From: an uncultured Chloroflexia bacterium | GTDB taxonomy: Bacteria; Chloroflexota; Limnocylindria; Limnocylindrales; CSP1-4 | Reading direction: 5' to 3' | Assembly: GCA_963712745.1 (NCBI GenBank) | Contig: CAVQJC010000005.1 | Coordinates: 160,001-224,000 of the forward strand | Length of the DNA stretch: 64,000 nucleotides | Shown here: positions 31,201 to 40,383 of the stretch, one piece after another | How the letters are laid out: every line of letters starts with the position of its first letter | Numbering within the stretch: the first letter of the stretch is position 1 | The notes under the pieces: generated by a model | Database searches by the model: none | Told to the model about the DNA's origin: nothing | What the model saw: only the letters and a program-made list of their open reading frames with translations | Translations under genes and position numbers: made by a program

Positions 31201-32035
31201 CGATCGAGTCCTCGGCGGGGGCGTCAAGGTGGGCCCTGATCCTGCCAGCATCGATCTCTGGCACGACGGCCGCCACTGCGGACCTCGACCGCGAACGCAT
31301 CGCCCCCGGTATCCCCAGCTCCGTGGCGACCCTGGCCACGGTTCGGCGAGCACCGTGTCGACGATAGTGCGTGCTCAGACGTCGCAAAGTCGGGGCTGTC
31401 CCAGGCAAAGCTGGAACGCGCGGGAGGACCCGGCTCGCGCGTCTGCCGCGCATCGAATGGAGGAGCGGGTTCTCGGCTTTCGCGGCTGCGTCGGGGTGGT
31501 GACGCAGATAGTCGAACCCGTCGAAGTCGGGAGCGGGGTCGCGGCCTTCCCGCCAGCCGAAGTAGAGGTAGTGGTCCAGTGGATGCCAGTGGCCGCCGCG
31601 CACGTCCGGGTTCCGATCCAGGTACCAGTCCGTGTCGAAGTGCGGGTTGGGGTCACGGCCCTTGGTCAGCGACATGCGCAGGTACTGGCGATACGCCGCC
31701 TTGCGGCCGCGGGGCGCATCGGGATACTGCTCGCGGTACCAGGCTTCCTCGAAGAGCGGGTTGACGCGGATGCCCCTGGGCCAACGCAGCGTCAGCAGCA
31801 GCCACAGCGCCTGGGTCGGCCGGCTGACCAGTGAGCGGACCCGGCGATGCTCAGCGGCAAAGCTGGTCCAGCGATCACCCAGCCGCCCCAGAACACTCGA
31901 ATGGGTACGCAGGAGTTGGTGCAGGAGCGCATCACGTTGCGACGAGACCCGCGTGAGTTCATGACGCAGGCTGCCATCGCCTACAGCGGACGCGCTCGTC
32001 TCACGGTCTGTCGGCTGCGAACCCTCTCCTTGCAT
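28169..32035 (-). CDS. Multidomain glycan polymerase-like glycosyltransferase (NPxFD..WY repeats + GT2 + GT2 + GT4)
   Basis: NPLFEEAWY / NPHFDTDWY repeats; VYSDHD..PDWSP; VSVIIPT, FLNDD, TGACLM, NDVDLCL; RKNP, SLHRSEGFGL. Confidence 0.88.
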   Translation of the reverse strand: MQGEGSQPTDRETSASAVGDGSLRHELTRVSSQRDALLHQLLRTHSSVLGRLGDRWTSFAAEHRRVRSLVSRPTQALWLLLTLRWPRGIRVNPLFEEAWYREQYPDAPRGRKAAYRQYLRMSLTKGRDPNPHFDTDWYLDRNPDVRGGHWHPLDHYLYFGWREGRDPAPDFDGFDYLRHHPDAAAKAENPLLHSMRGRRASRVLPRVPALPGTAPTLRRLSTHYRRHGARRTVARVATELGIPGAMRSRSRSAVAAVVPEIDAGRIRAHLDAPAEDSIEAMGHMLVAGWAYSPGSQVSGTVYIDHRHVADCVTGQPRPDVGMANRKSEEAAVSGFSARVSLRDIEPGKRSLQVVLRDPRGATRVLISSFRRVRPDSLYHHYWERALPTDGEIHHLADSLKRRGTPDVHIVVVARDLDKLGGSLRSIRKQGYPSLSCEIVVDRASVREAETVLASTGLRATVSSILHEALPDDVAPSRMVGFIEAGDRLAPAALWQMVAQDAVADPLVVYSDHDSIDDTGRHVRPWFVPDWSPDRFLSQDYVGGFYLARDGRALRDALPRSVESPPRSWRYGLLLRLSAARGAIAHVPAVLWSRPLGDPSEADAVAELDAVVDILGELGVTADVRTVHVGPDDVVRSVEWPLTAEPLVSVIIPTTGRLEFVAETVASLHRTSYQNIELIFVDNSRGHHPDGIAFLRGEDVTIIERDEPFNWAKLNNDGARLAKGEMLLFLNDDIEVRDPDWLTGLVRHALREEVGAVGSLLTYPDGTVQHLGVFLVGHGGGAIHLFHGMDPDQGLYLDLQHVTREVTSLTGACLMVRRAVFDKVNGFDESLAVTGNDVDLCLRIARTGRRLLVEPRSRLVHRESQSRSGIDYSLDENRIWELWSDLLERGDPHHNPNLAQDRPDASLDWGRVSARKDSARRVSPSDGVNLVGYLRAEMGLGEAVRGDALALTEADVPFVAIDHMFGSPARFGDTSWSHKIVDDPVFHTNIIHVNADVLPRALQHMPEGLRDGRRNIGYWTWELPEFPEAWHGSFSLVEEVWVPSVFVREAVAAVAPVPVHVVPHVVRTPTGPFRERGYFGLPEDASLFLSMYDTQSVMERKNPEGAIDAFTRAFDPDDDGVMLVLKVNSAGAREVSMLRARVAGRPNIRIIVDVFSRAEMDSLIARSDVFVSLHRSEGFGLPMAEAMAMGVPVVATGWSGNMDFTSDGTAACVAYRLVELERTRGPYEAGQRWAEPDIDDAARWLERLRADVDLRAHLGTAGYKAIRERNSAAVVGSIIASRIGSASGA

Positions 32036-32201
32036 CGTACGCAGAGGGTATCGGTCCTCGACAGTGCGCGCCTGAGGGCGAGTCCAGTGGGCTCCCGGTC
32101 CATCCGAACATACCCGACACGGGTCGGATCGCCGATAGCCGTCGCCGCCGCGCGGGCATCCTCGGTGGCCTCGTGGACGGTTCCACGGAGTCGACCTACC
32201 A

Positions 32202-33308
32202 TTGAACGAGATGGCGATGTCGCGATTCGGTCCGTCCGTGAACCGATCGACGCGTCGAGCACGTTCCACCTTGAGGGGTCCACTCTTGCGCCGAACACCG
32301 ATACTCCTGCCCCTGCTCCTCGCTCTCGCCCTGATGGCCGCGACGGCGCCGGCCACGGCCCGATCCAAGATGGTCCTCGGTGCGGCCGACCCCTATGCAG
32401 GTGGTCCTGATGTCGCCGCCGTGCAGGCAGGAGTGAACGCCTACGTCGCGAAGGTCGGCACCAAGCCGCGGATGTGGTCGCTGTGGAGCAAGTGGGGCGA
32501 ACGGGGTGCGAACTCGGCCGGTCCGTGCGTCAAGGGCACGGGCTCGTGCGCCTTCCCGTCGGAGGCCGTGGCATGGCTGCACGAGCAAGGCATCACGCCG
32601 GTCATCTGGTGGGCCTACAACGATCCCAAGGACCGCGACAGCAACCTGTACGCCCGCTACAAGAAGATCCTCAGCGGCAGACACGACGACTACATCACCA
32701 GCTGGGCCGTGGCGGCACGCAAGGCCGGACGCTCGAGCGGCATGCCGGTCATCGTCCGCCCGTTCCACGAGGCCACCGGGCACTGGTTCCCCTGGTCCAT
32801 CGGACTCAAGGACAACACCGTCAGGAACTACAAGGAGGCCTGGAACTACCTCGGCAAGAAGTTCCGCCAGAACGGAGCGGATCCCCATGTGCGCTGGCTG
32901 TGGTCGCTGGTGCAACCCAAGCGGTGGGCCTATCCAGGCGACAAGTACGTCGACTACGTGGGCATCTCCGTCTCCAATTTCGGCTCTCCCCGTCCCTGGC
33001 GTTGGGGCATCAAGCAGATCAACAGCGCCGTCGCGGCTGCGCAGGAGTTCACGACGAAGCCGATCATCGCCGCGGAGATCGTCACCGCCTACAAGGGCGG
33101 CAACAAGGGCAAGTGGATCCGGGAGACCTACGTCAAGGCCTATCGGAAGCACCCGCAGTTCAAGGGCTTCATCTACGAGGACAGCGACCACCCGAAGAAC
33201 ACCCGCGGCCATCCCGATTGGCGGCTGCAGGTCGGTGACCAGGGTGCCGGCCTGAAGGAGTACAGGAAGCTGGCCGATCAGGCGCGTTTCAAGGGCCGGA
33301 TCCGGTAG
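32202..33308 (+). CDS. Secreted glycoside hydrolase family 26-like; start may lie further downstream
   Basis: Signal peptide, ILSGRHDDYI, RPFHEATGHWFPW, YPGDKYVDYVGIS, PIIAAE. Confidence 0.8.
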   Translation: MNEMAMSRFGPSVNRSTRRARSTLRGPLLRRTPILLPLLLALALMAATAPATARSKMVLGAADPYAGGPDVAAVQAGVNAYVAKVGTKPRMWSLWSKWGERGANSAGPCVKGTGSCAFPSEAVAWLHEQGITPVIWWAYNDPKDRDSNLYARYKKILSGRHDDYITSWAVAARKAGRSSGMPVIVRPFHEATGHWFPWSIGLKDNTVRNYKEAWNYLGKKFRQNGADPHVRWLWSLVQPKRWAYPGDKYVDYVGISVSNFGSPRPWRWGIKQINSAVAAAQEFTTKPIIAAEIVTAYKGGNKGKWIRETYVKAYRKHPQFKGFIYEDSDHPKNTRGHPDWRLQVGDQGAGLKEYRKLADQARFKGRIR

Positions 33309-34336
33309 CCCTCCGTCGGGACCCGGTAGCCCTCCGCCGGGACTGGGCCCGCGATAGCGATCGCCGCTTGCGCAGCGCCAGCGGCGCCAGTCGCATGAAC
33401 AGCGGGAGCGCGCGCAGTCGCTGTCGATCGGCGCCCAGCATGAAGAGCAGTTGCGCGACCTCGCGTCGTGCGATCCAGGGCGCGTCACGGAGGACGGCGC
33501 CGCAGTTCATCGTTCTTCAGCTGCATAAGCCGCTGGTTGCGCCACGCCCGGATGCGCACGGCCGCGGGGTTGGTCATGTTGGCACGCGCTCCTGCGGCGA
33601 GGCCATCCGCTCCACTATCCCCGCCGCTTCGTGCGTGCCAGGCCATCAGCGCCGGCTGATGGCGACATCTCCAACCCATCCGCTGGAGCCGCCAGGCCAG
33701 GTCGGCGTCCTCCTTCTCGGCGAAGAAGTCCTCGTCCAGCACTTCCCAGCCGCCACCCCTGCGTGGCACCCGGACTTCGAGGAGCGCCCTTCGCCGGTAA
33801 ACCGGCGCAGGGCCGTCCGCCCCCCAGACATAACCCGGGAGCCGCTCCTCGGGAGGCCGCCGAAGCAGCTGGTCACGGCTGACGACCCGGCGGTCCCGGT
33901 GGATGACCAGACCGGTGCTGTCAGTCACGTCCAGGCGTTCGCCACTGGGACCCAGCCGGCCGATCCAGCCTTGCACGGCTCCCAGACTCAGGTCGGCATC
34001 GAGCTCGTCACAGGCGGCGTGCAGGAAGCCGGGGTCGAGCACCACGTCCTGGTTTAGCAGGACCAGCACGTCGGCCCGCGCCGCGCGGATAGAGCGATTG
34101 TGGGCAGCACCGTAGCCGGTGTTCGTGGCCAGCGCCTGGACCCGGATTCGCGGATCGTCAGCAGCCTGTGCCAGCAGCCACGCGGTCGAGCCGTCACTGG
34201 AGGCGTTGTCGACCACCAGTAGCTCCCAGTCGGCCATCGTCTGCGCCCTGACCGACTCGAGACAGGCAGGCAGCCAACTCATGCCGTTCCAGGTCACCAG
34301 CGAGATCGAGACTCGCGGCATTGCCCCTGAGCTCAT
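33289..34336 (-). CDS. Glycosyltransferase family 2; extra base at ~33502 shifts the C-terminus
   Basis: LVTWNG, VVDNASSDGS, LLNQD, EDADLAWR. Removing one C gives KNDELGAVLRDAPWIARRE. Confidence 0.85.
33298..33343. repeat. 21-bp tandem repeat x2 containing the GH26 stop codon
   Basis: GGATCCGGTAGCCCTCCGTCG / GGACCCGGTAGCCCTCCGCCG / GGAC. Confidence 0.85.
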
Positions 34337-35223
34337 CGTCGGACCCGCGCCCGCCGGCGCTGGGCCGTGTACATCAGCCGCACCAGGGGCCGGATGGGAC
34401 GGGCGGTGGCGGCCTCCATGTGCTGCTCGTAGAAGCGCTCGTGTGCCAGTATCGCGGCGACCCTGGCCCGGTCACGGGTCCCGAGCTCGGCCTCGGTCAG
34501 GTCATCTGCCCGGGCCTTGAAGTGGCTGGAACCGCCCTTGACGTGGACTGCCTGCTGCGTGCCCACGTAGCGGACCCGGTAGCCGGCAGCCCGCACCCGT
34601 GCGCAGAGGTCCAGGTCCTCCGCATAGAAGTGGTAGGCCTCGTCCCAGCCACCCACAGCCTGGAACACATCACGACGGATGAGCAGGAAGGCACCCGCGC
34701 AGGCCTCCACGTCATGCACCCCTCCCGGGTCGAGCCAGCTCAGGCGGTAGTGACCGAGCCGGTGCGACTGCGGCAGCAGCCGGTCCAGCCGGGCCTTGTA
34801 GACGAGCGAATCGAAGACCGTGGGCAGGCCCCGATGGCAGGCGTGGTCCAGCTCGCCGTCCGGCATGGTGAGGCGGCAGGTCGCGATGCCGATGCTGTCG
34901 TCAGCGGTGGCCTCCGCGAGCACTCCGCCGAGGCAGCCGGGCTCCACGAACACGTCGTCGTTCAAGAACAGCACCCACCCGCCGCTGGTCAGCCCGGCGC
35001 CGCGGTTGCAGGCAGCCGAGTAGCCGGGGTTGTCGTCGATGACCAGGAGGCACTCGTTTGAACGGAGGGACGCCTCCAGTGGTCGGGTCGGCTCGACATC
35101 GACGATCACGACCTCGTCCGGCGCGTGCTCACTGCCGCGCAGCGCGTCGAGCGCGCGGATCAGCAGATCCTCGCGCCGATGGTTCACGATGACGATGCTG
35201 AGACCGTCCCCGGCAGATACCAT
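34333..35223 (-). CDS. Glycosyltransferase family 2, WbbL-like rhamnosyltransferase
   Basis: NPGYSAACN, LFLNDD, GAFLLIRR, YAEDLDLC, HVKGGS. Confidence 0.85.
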   Translation of the reverse strand: MVSAGDGLSIVIVNHRREDLLIRALDALRGSEHAPDEVVIVDVEPTRPLEASLRSNECLLVIDDNPGYSAACNRGAGLTSGGWVLFLNDDVFVEPGCLGGVLAEATADDSIGIATCRLTMPDGELDHACHRGLPTVFDSLVYKARLDRLLPQSHRLGHYRLSWLDPGGVHDVEACAGAFLLIRRDVFQAVGGWDEAYHFYAEDLDLCARVRAAGYRVRYVGTQQAVHVKGGSSHFKARADDLTEAELGTRDRARVAAILAHERFYEQHMEAATARPIRPLVRLMYTAQRRRARVRR

Positions 35224-35259
35224 CTCGAAAGCCTAGCGATGTCTGAAGCGGAGGTGGCA

Positions 35260-35985
35260 ATGAAGGGAGTCGTGCTCGCGGGCGGCACCGGGTCGCGCCT
35301 GTACCCCTTGACGCAGGTCACCAACAAGCACCTGATGCCGGTGTACGACCGGCCCATGATCTACTTCCCGCTCGAGACGCTCAAGGGCATGGGCATCCGC
35401 GAGGTCATGGTCATCCTGGGCGGCCGCAGCATCGGCGACATCGTGGAGCTGCTCTCCGACGGTGATGACTTCGGGCTCCACCTGACCTATCGCTACCAGC
35501 GCGGTTCGCTGGGCATCGCCCACGCCATCGGCCTGACCCGCGATTTCGTCGGCGACGACAGCTTCTGCGTCGTGCTCGGCGACAACATCCTGCGCGGTGA
35601 GCCGCTCGCGGACGTAGCCGCCGAATTCGAGGCGGGCCCGTGGGGCGGGGGCACGATGCTCTACCGCGTGGAGGATCCCCAGCGCTTCGGGGTGGCGGAG
35701 TTCGATGCGGACGGCCACGTCATCGGCTTCGAGGAGAAGCCCGACCAGCCCAAGTCGGACTCCATCCCCATCGGGGTCTATTTCCTGCGACCGGATGCCT
35801 TCAAGGTCATCGAGCACCTGGCCCCGTCGGGCCGGGGCGAGTTCGAGATCACCGATGTCCTCAACCACTACGTGGCGGAGGGCGGCGTGTTCGCGCCCCA
35901 CTACGAGGGCCACTGGGCGGACGCGGGCACCATCGAGGCCCTGCTGGAGGCGAGCACCATGGCCGCCGAGCAAACCGACTCCTAG
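35260..35985 (+). CDS. rmlA: Glucose-1-phosphate thymidylyltransferase
   Basis: MKGVVLAGGTGSRLYPLT..NKHLMPVYDRPM, LGDN, EEKP, RGEFEITD; SD GGAGG. Confidence 0.92.
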   Translation: MKGVVLAGGTGSRLYPLTQVTNKHLMPVYDRPMIYFPLETLKGMGIREVMVILGGRSIGDIVELLSDGDDFGLHLTYRYQRGSLGIAHAIGLTRDFVGDDSFCVVLGDNILRGEPLADVAAEFEAGPWGGGTMLYRVEDPQRFGVAEFDADGHVIGFEEKPDQPKSDSIPIGVYFLRPDAFKVIEHLAPSGRGEFEITDVLNHYVAEGGVFAPHYEGHWADAGTIEALLEASTMAAEQTDS

Positions 35986-38022
35986 GCGTCCTCTGGCAGC
36001 TCGTACTCCACGCGTACCACTGCGTCGCCGTCCAGCTCGATCTGGCCGCTGACGCGTCCCTCACCGACCTCCAGTCCATCGGTCAGGCTGGTCACGGTCG
36101 CCCCGTCCGGGAGGTCGATGCCGAGCGAGAGCGGCAAGGTCCGTGCTCCGGGCTGCTTCTGGACGACCAGCTCGTACAGCCATCCCTCCTGGGTCTGGAC
36201 CGCTGCCCCGGGCTTGATCCAGAGGTAGCTCATGGTCGATGCGCCCGGCGGCATGAAGAGATAGTTCGCAAAGGACTGCCGGCCGGACTCCTCGCCGGAC
36301 CGCTCCAGGGCGCGCACCACCTCGTCCGCCTTGCCGTTGGCCGTCACCAGCTCCGCCCCCTCCGGCACCAGCACCCGCAGGTAGGCGCCGTACCAGCCCT
36401 CCTCGTTGTTGGAGAAGCTGCGCAGCGAAGCGTAGGGCTCCCCCGCGCTCCCGGCCCGGTTGTCCCAGTCCAGGCGCAGGCTGTTCAGCGCATCGCCGTT
36501 CTCGTCGAGCTTGACCACCAGCGAATCGCTGCGGTCGACCACGAGGTTGTACTTCGAGGTCGGTGAGACGTTTGATTCCACGACGTAGAGGTAGTCGCCG
36601 CCGTCCTGGCGCACGCGCCCGTCCCAGCCTGCCTGTTCGATGAGGTCCTGGGCTGCCTCGTCAGAGAACCAGGCCATCATGAGCCGCTCCCGCCCGATGT
36701 CCTCGAGCGCTTCTGCGGTCGCCACCCAGCGCTGGGGAGGCAGCGACAGCAGCCGGGCGGTCAACCGGCGCGCCAGCACGTCAAGGACCTCCTTGCGACC
36801 CTCGACCGACTGGGGCGAGCCCCGGGTGGCACCGAGCAAGGTCAGTGTCGTGTCGCCCGGCTCCACGGTCACGTCGTAGCCGGGCACGGTCACCGGGCCC
36901 ACCACCTCCAGCAGCCGGTCGAGCGCGTAGGTGGTGATGGCGATGACGCCGTCGATCTCGCCGTCGCCACTCTCGATCTCGTACAGCTCCAGCGCCTTCT
37001 GCGCTGCGGTCGGGAAGTCTGCGGCCCAGGTCGCGTCGGCCAGGCGCCATGACTGGTCGTCACCCAGGAGGTAGACGGCCAGCTCGTCGGGCGGCTCGAC
37101 GAAGGGCAGTCCGGGCATGCGGCTGAGCTCGTGCACGTCGCGAAAGCGCTGCTCTGCGATGGCGCCGTCCTTGAGCGTGATGACCCCCACGGTCCCCGCG
37201 TAGCCACCGGTCGGGCGCAGCTCGGCGGGGTTCTGCGCCAGCACCAGGTAACGCTTCTCCTCCCCCCAGCCGAGGAGTCCCGGGAGCACGTCGTCGTACT
37301 CCCGGTAGGCGTCCAGGAGCGGCCGGTACGTCGACAGCGGGTCCGCCACCAGGTCACGGGCCTCCAGGATGAGCCCCGCGGCGTTGCCGGGGATGGCCGC
37401 CAGCTCATCCTCAGCCAGGGCGATGAGCTCTGCCGCCCGGTCCACCTCCTCGCCGGAGGTCGCCATCAGCTCGACCAGGCCCGGCATGAGCGCCACGCTG
37501 GCATCCGCGTCGTTGGCCTCGCGCAGGCCCACCACCTCGTAGGCCAGCCCGAGTCCGATGTCGCCCGCCTCGAGCAGGGCATCGGCCGCGGCCACCAGGG
37601 AATCCGCCGCCGCGACCTGGTCGCCCAGGACCGGCACGGCACGGGCGGCAGCCACCACCGGATCGTCGGCTGGTGAGCTCACGCAGGGGCGCCATCGACG
37701 TCTCGAGCTGGTCCAGGCTCTGCGCCAGCCGGTCGATGGAGCCTCGCTGCAGGTCTGCCGGCTTGAGCGCCCGCGCCTGGTTGGCCAGCTGGCGCGCGTC
37801 CTGGCGTACCGCACGCACGTCATCCGGCACGCCCGCGTAGCGCAGGCCGAGGACGGCTGCGAGCCCGGCCAGCACGAGCACCGCGATGAGGACGGTCGCG
37901 ACCACGAGCCGACCTCTCCGCCGGCGGCGGGGGGGCGGTGGCGGAGGCGGTGGGGCTGCATACGGCCCCGGATAGCCTGGAGGGGGCCCGGGTGGCCCCG
38001 GCGCCGGGGGACGCGTGGTCAA
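35982..38022 (-). CDS. DUF4012 membrane-anchored protein; extra base at ~37672
   Basis: Pro-rich N-terminus plus TM helix; YLVLAQNPAELRPTGGY, DATWAADFP, IDGVIAI, VQKQPG. The two ORFs join on removing one base. Confidence 0.85.
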
Positions 38023-38029
38023 CGGCGCC

Positions 38030-38923
38030 TCACGCGCTGGGTAGCCGCTCGGCGATGACCACGAAGCGGGGAGCCGTGTCCTCGTAGGTGAGGCACGTCT
38101 GGAGCGTCAGGATCTCACGGTCGCTGGGAGCCAGGTACTCGAGCGCATCCCAGGCCACGAGCGGGAGGATCTGCGAGACCTCGTAGGCGGCCACGCTGCC
38201 GTCCGCCATGTCCACCTCTACGCGGTCCCCGTGGCGGACCCGCCAGAGCTCGAGGAACGCGCCCTCGCGGGCGTGCCCGTAGAGGTAGGTGTTGCTGCCC
38301 TCACCGGGCCAGGCCGTACCGGGGTAGTGGCTGGCGGCGCCTTCAGGGACTGAGTACCCGTCACCCTCGACCAGCGGCAGGTCGATGCCCAGGCTCTCCA
38401 TGCGGATGGCCGTGGCCGGGAGCGCGGTCGCCGAAGTGATCGATGGTGGTGGTGCCAGCGGCGCCGCGGGAGCCGATTCGACGAAGCCGGCCGGAGGGAC
38501 GGTGGATGTCCTTGGCAGGCCGCCCGCACAGCGCACGGTGATGGTCGGCGACCCGCCGGCGATCGACGCGCGGACGACGCGGGGTCCTGCAGCCGGGCCA
38601 AAGGTGAGCGTGACGCTCGTCTTGCCGTTCTTGTTGGTGATGGTGCTCGTCTGGCTCAGGCCATCTCCAAGCGACTGGGTCTGCGCCAGCGACCAGGTGA
38701 TGATCTGGTTGTCGATGGGCTTGCCGGTCTCGGTCGAGACGACCTTGGCGTTGATGGTGGCAGCGCGGTTGCACTTGACGACGCTGGGACCGGACAGGAG
38801 CACCTGGCTGAATCGCTGCTTGATGTAGCCGGAGGCCGGGGCCACGAGCACGGCGAGGAACACCGCGGAAAGCACCAGCGCGACGAGGGCCACAGTCGTC
38901 GGACGAAGGTGTCTGCGCTCCAT
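38030..38923 (-). CDS. Sortase with N-terminal signal peptide, Ig-like domain and internal LPRTS motif
   Basis: HYPGTAWPGEGSNTYLYGHA, LTLQTC, PRFVV (His-Cys-Arg triad); TNKNGKTSVTL Big-1-like segment. Confidence 0.88.
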   Translation of the reverse strand: MERRHLRPTTVALVALVLSAVFLAVLVAPASGYIKQRFSQVLLSGPSVVKCNRAATINAKVVSTETGKPIDNQIITWSLAQTQSLGDGLSQTSTITNKNGKTSVTLTFGPAAGPRVVRASIAGGSPTITVRCAGGLPRTSTVPPAGFVESAPAAPLAPPPSITSATALPATAIRMESLGIDLPLVEGDGYSVPEGAASHYPGTAWPGEGSNTYLYGHAREGAFLELWRVRHGDRVEVDMADGSVAAYEVSQILPLVAWDALEYLAPSDREILTLQTCLTYEDTAPRFVVIAERLPSA

Positions 38924-40383
38924 CTACTCCGTCCTCTGCCGGGTTCGCCGGATTGGCCGGCAGTCCCCATCGCGCCTGGGCATACTCGAGCGGTCCGGAC
39001 TCGACCATCGCATCCAGATCGGGCTCCGCACCCGTGGCCGCGGTGAGGTATGAACGCAATTCGTCGAGACCTCCGCCCTGTTCGCGGTCGCCGAAGCCGC
39101 CGTCGTGCGGGGCCAGCGTGGTCTCCTCTGCGAGGTCGGCCAGCCCGCGGATAACGGCAGTGAGAAACGCGGTCACCGTGGACCCTTCCTCGCTCAGCAT
39201 GTCCGCCGAGGCGACGAGCACGTCCCCGCCGTAGGTGCCATCGGACGCGTAGTTGCGATGACCGGCCACGGTCACCAGCGGCAGGCCCTGGTCCACGGCT
39301 TCTGCCACGTCCAGCGCGTCCATGACTCCGAAGTCGAGGAGGCCCTGGAGCACGCCCAGCAGGGGCTGGTCGACATCGACCAGCTCGACCGTGGAGAAGC
39401 CGGCGTCGGTGAAGTAGCCGGCGTCGTTCGCGGTCACGATGGGGCTGATGAGCCCGTCCGGCATGGGCAGCCCGATGGCCAGGTCCACCAGGCCGGGCGG
39501 ACCGCTGAAGTCGCCGGCCGGGTTCGGCGCCGAGCCCCGACCAGGCCTGGGCGCTGTTGAGCGCCGGCTGTGCGATGAAGGCGCCCAGGGGAGGTTCCGG
39601 CCCCTCGGTCTCCGCGAGGTAGGCCTCCAACTCGCCAAGTCCGCCACCCTCCTCGACCGAGCCGAAGCCCCCATCGAACGGCGCGAAGGCGGCCACCTCT
39701 TCTGGCCACCTTGCGGCCAGGTCGTCGCTGATCGCGAGGTCGGTGGTCTGGAGCAACGCCAGCGCGTCGAGTGCAGCTTCCGGCTCCGAAAGATCCTGCA
39801 GGGCGCGGATGTACGCCACCAGGAAGGCGACCATCGTCGCCGGCTCGCTGTCGACCAGGCCGGGCGCCGCCACGAGGACGTCGCCTCCGTACGTGCCCCG
39901 CGGGTAGTTGCGGTATCCGGCGATGGCCCGCAGCCGGGGATCGTTGCGCACGGCCGCGGCCGCTTCCGCGGTCCCCACCACGGCGATATCCAGGTCACCG
40001 CTCGCGACGTCCCTCAGCACGTTGGGGCTGGCGGAGACCGTCACGCGCTCGAAGCCGGCATCGTCGAAGTAGCCGGCCAGTTCCGCGATCAGCAGCGGCG
40101 CCTGCCTCACCACCTGCGAGCCGGCGTAGCCCACGGAGAGCTTGTCGCGGCCGGGGGTGATGGCGAACTCGGGGGCAGCCGGCGCCTCCGTCGGGCCGGG
40201 GGACTGCTGCGGCCGGGGCGTCCGCTCCACGCTGGGGCCGGTATCGGGGACGGGCCTGGGCGCGGGCGTGTCGAATGCCGGCGTAGTCGTGTCCGGGACC
40301 GCATCGTTCGTGGCCGCCAGCGCCGGCATCGGCAACAGCAGCGCGAGTCCGAGGGGGAGCGCGAGGAGGAGCCGGCGCCTCAT
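38924..40383 (-). CDS. Secreted protein with two tandem NMT1/SsuA-like modules; extra bases at ~39535 and ~38930
   Basis: Signal peptide, P/T-rich linker, A..AGYFxDAGF...YGGDVLVA...DGGFG twice; expected TAG abuts the sortase ATG. Confidence 0.7.
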
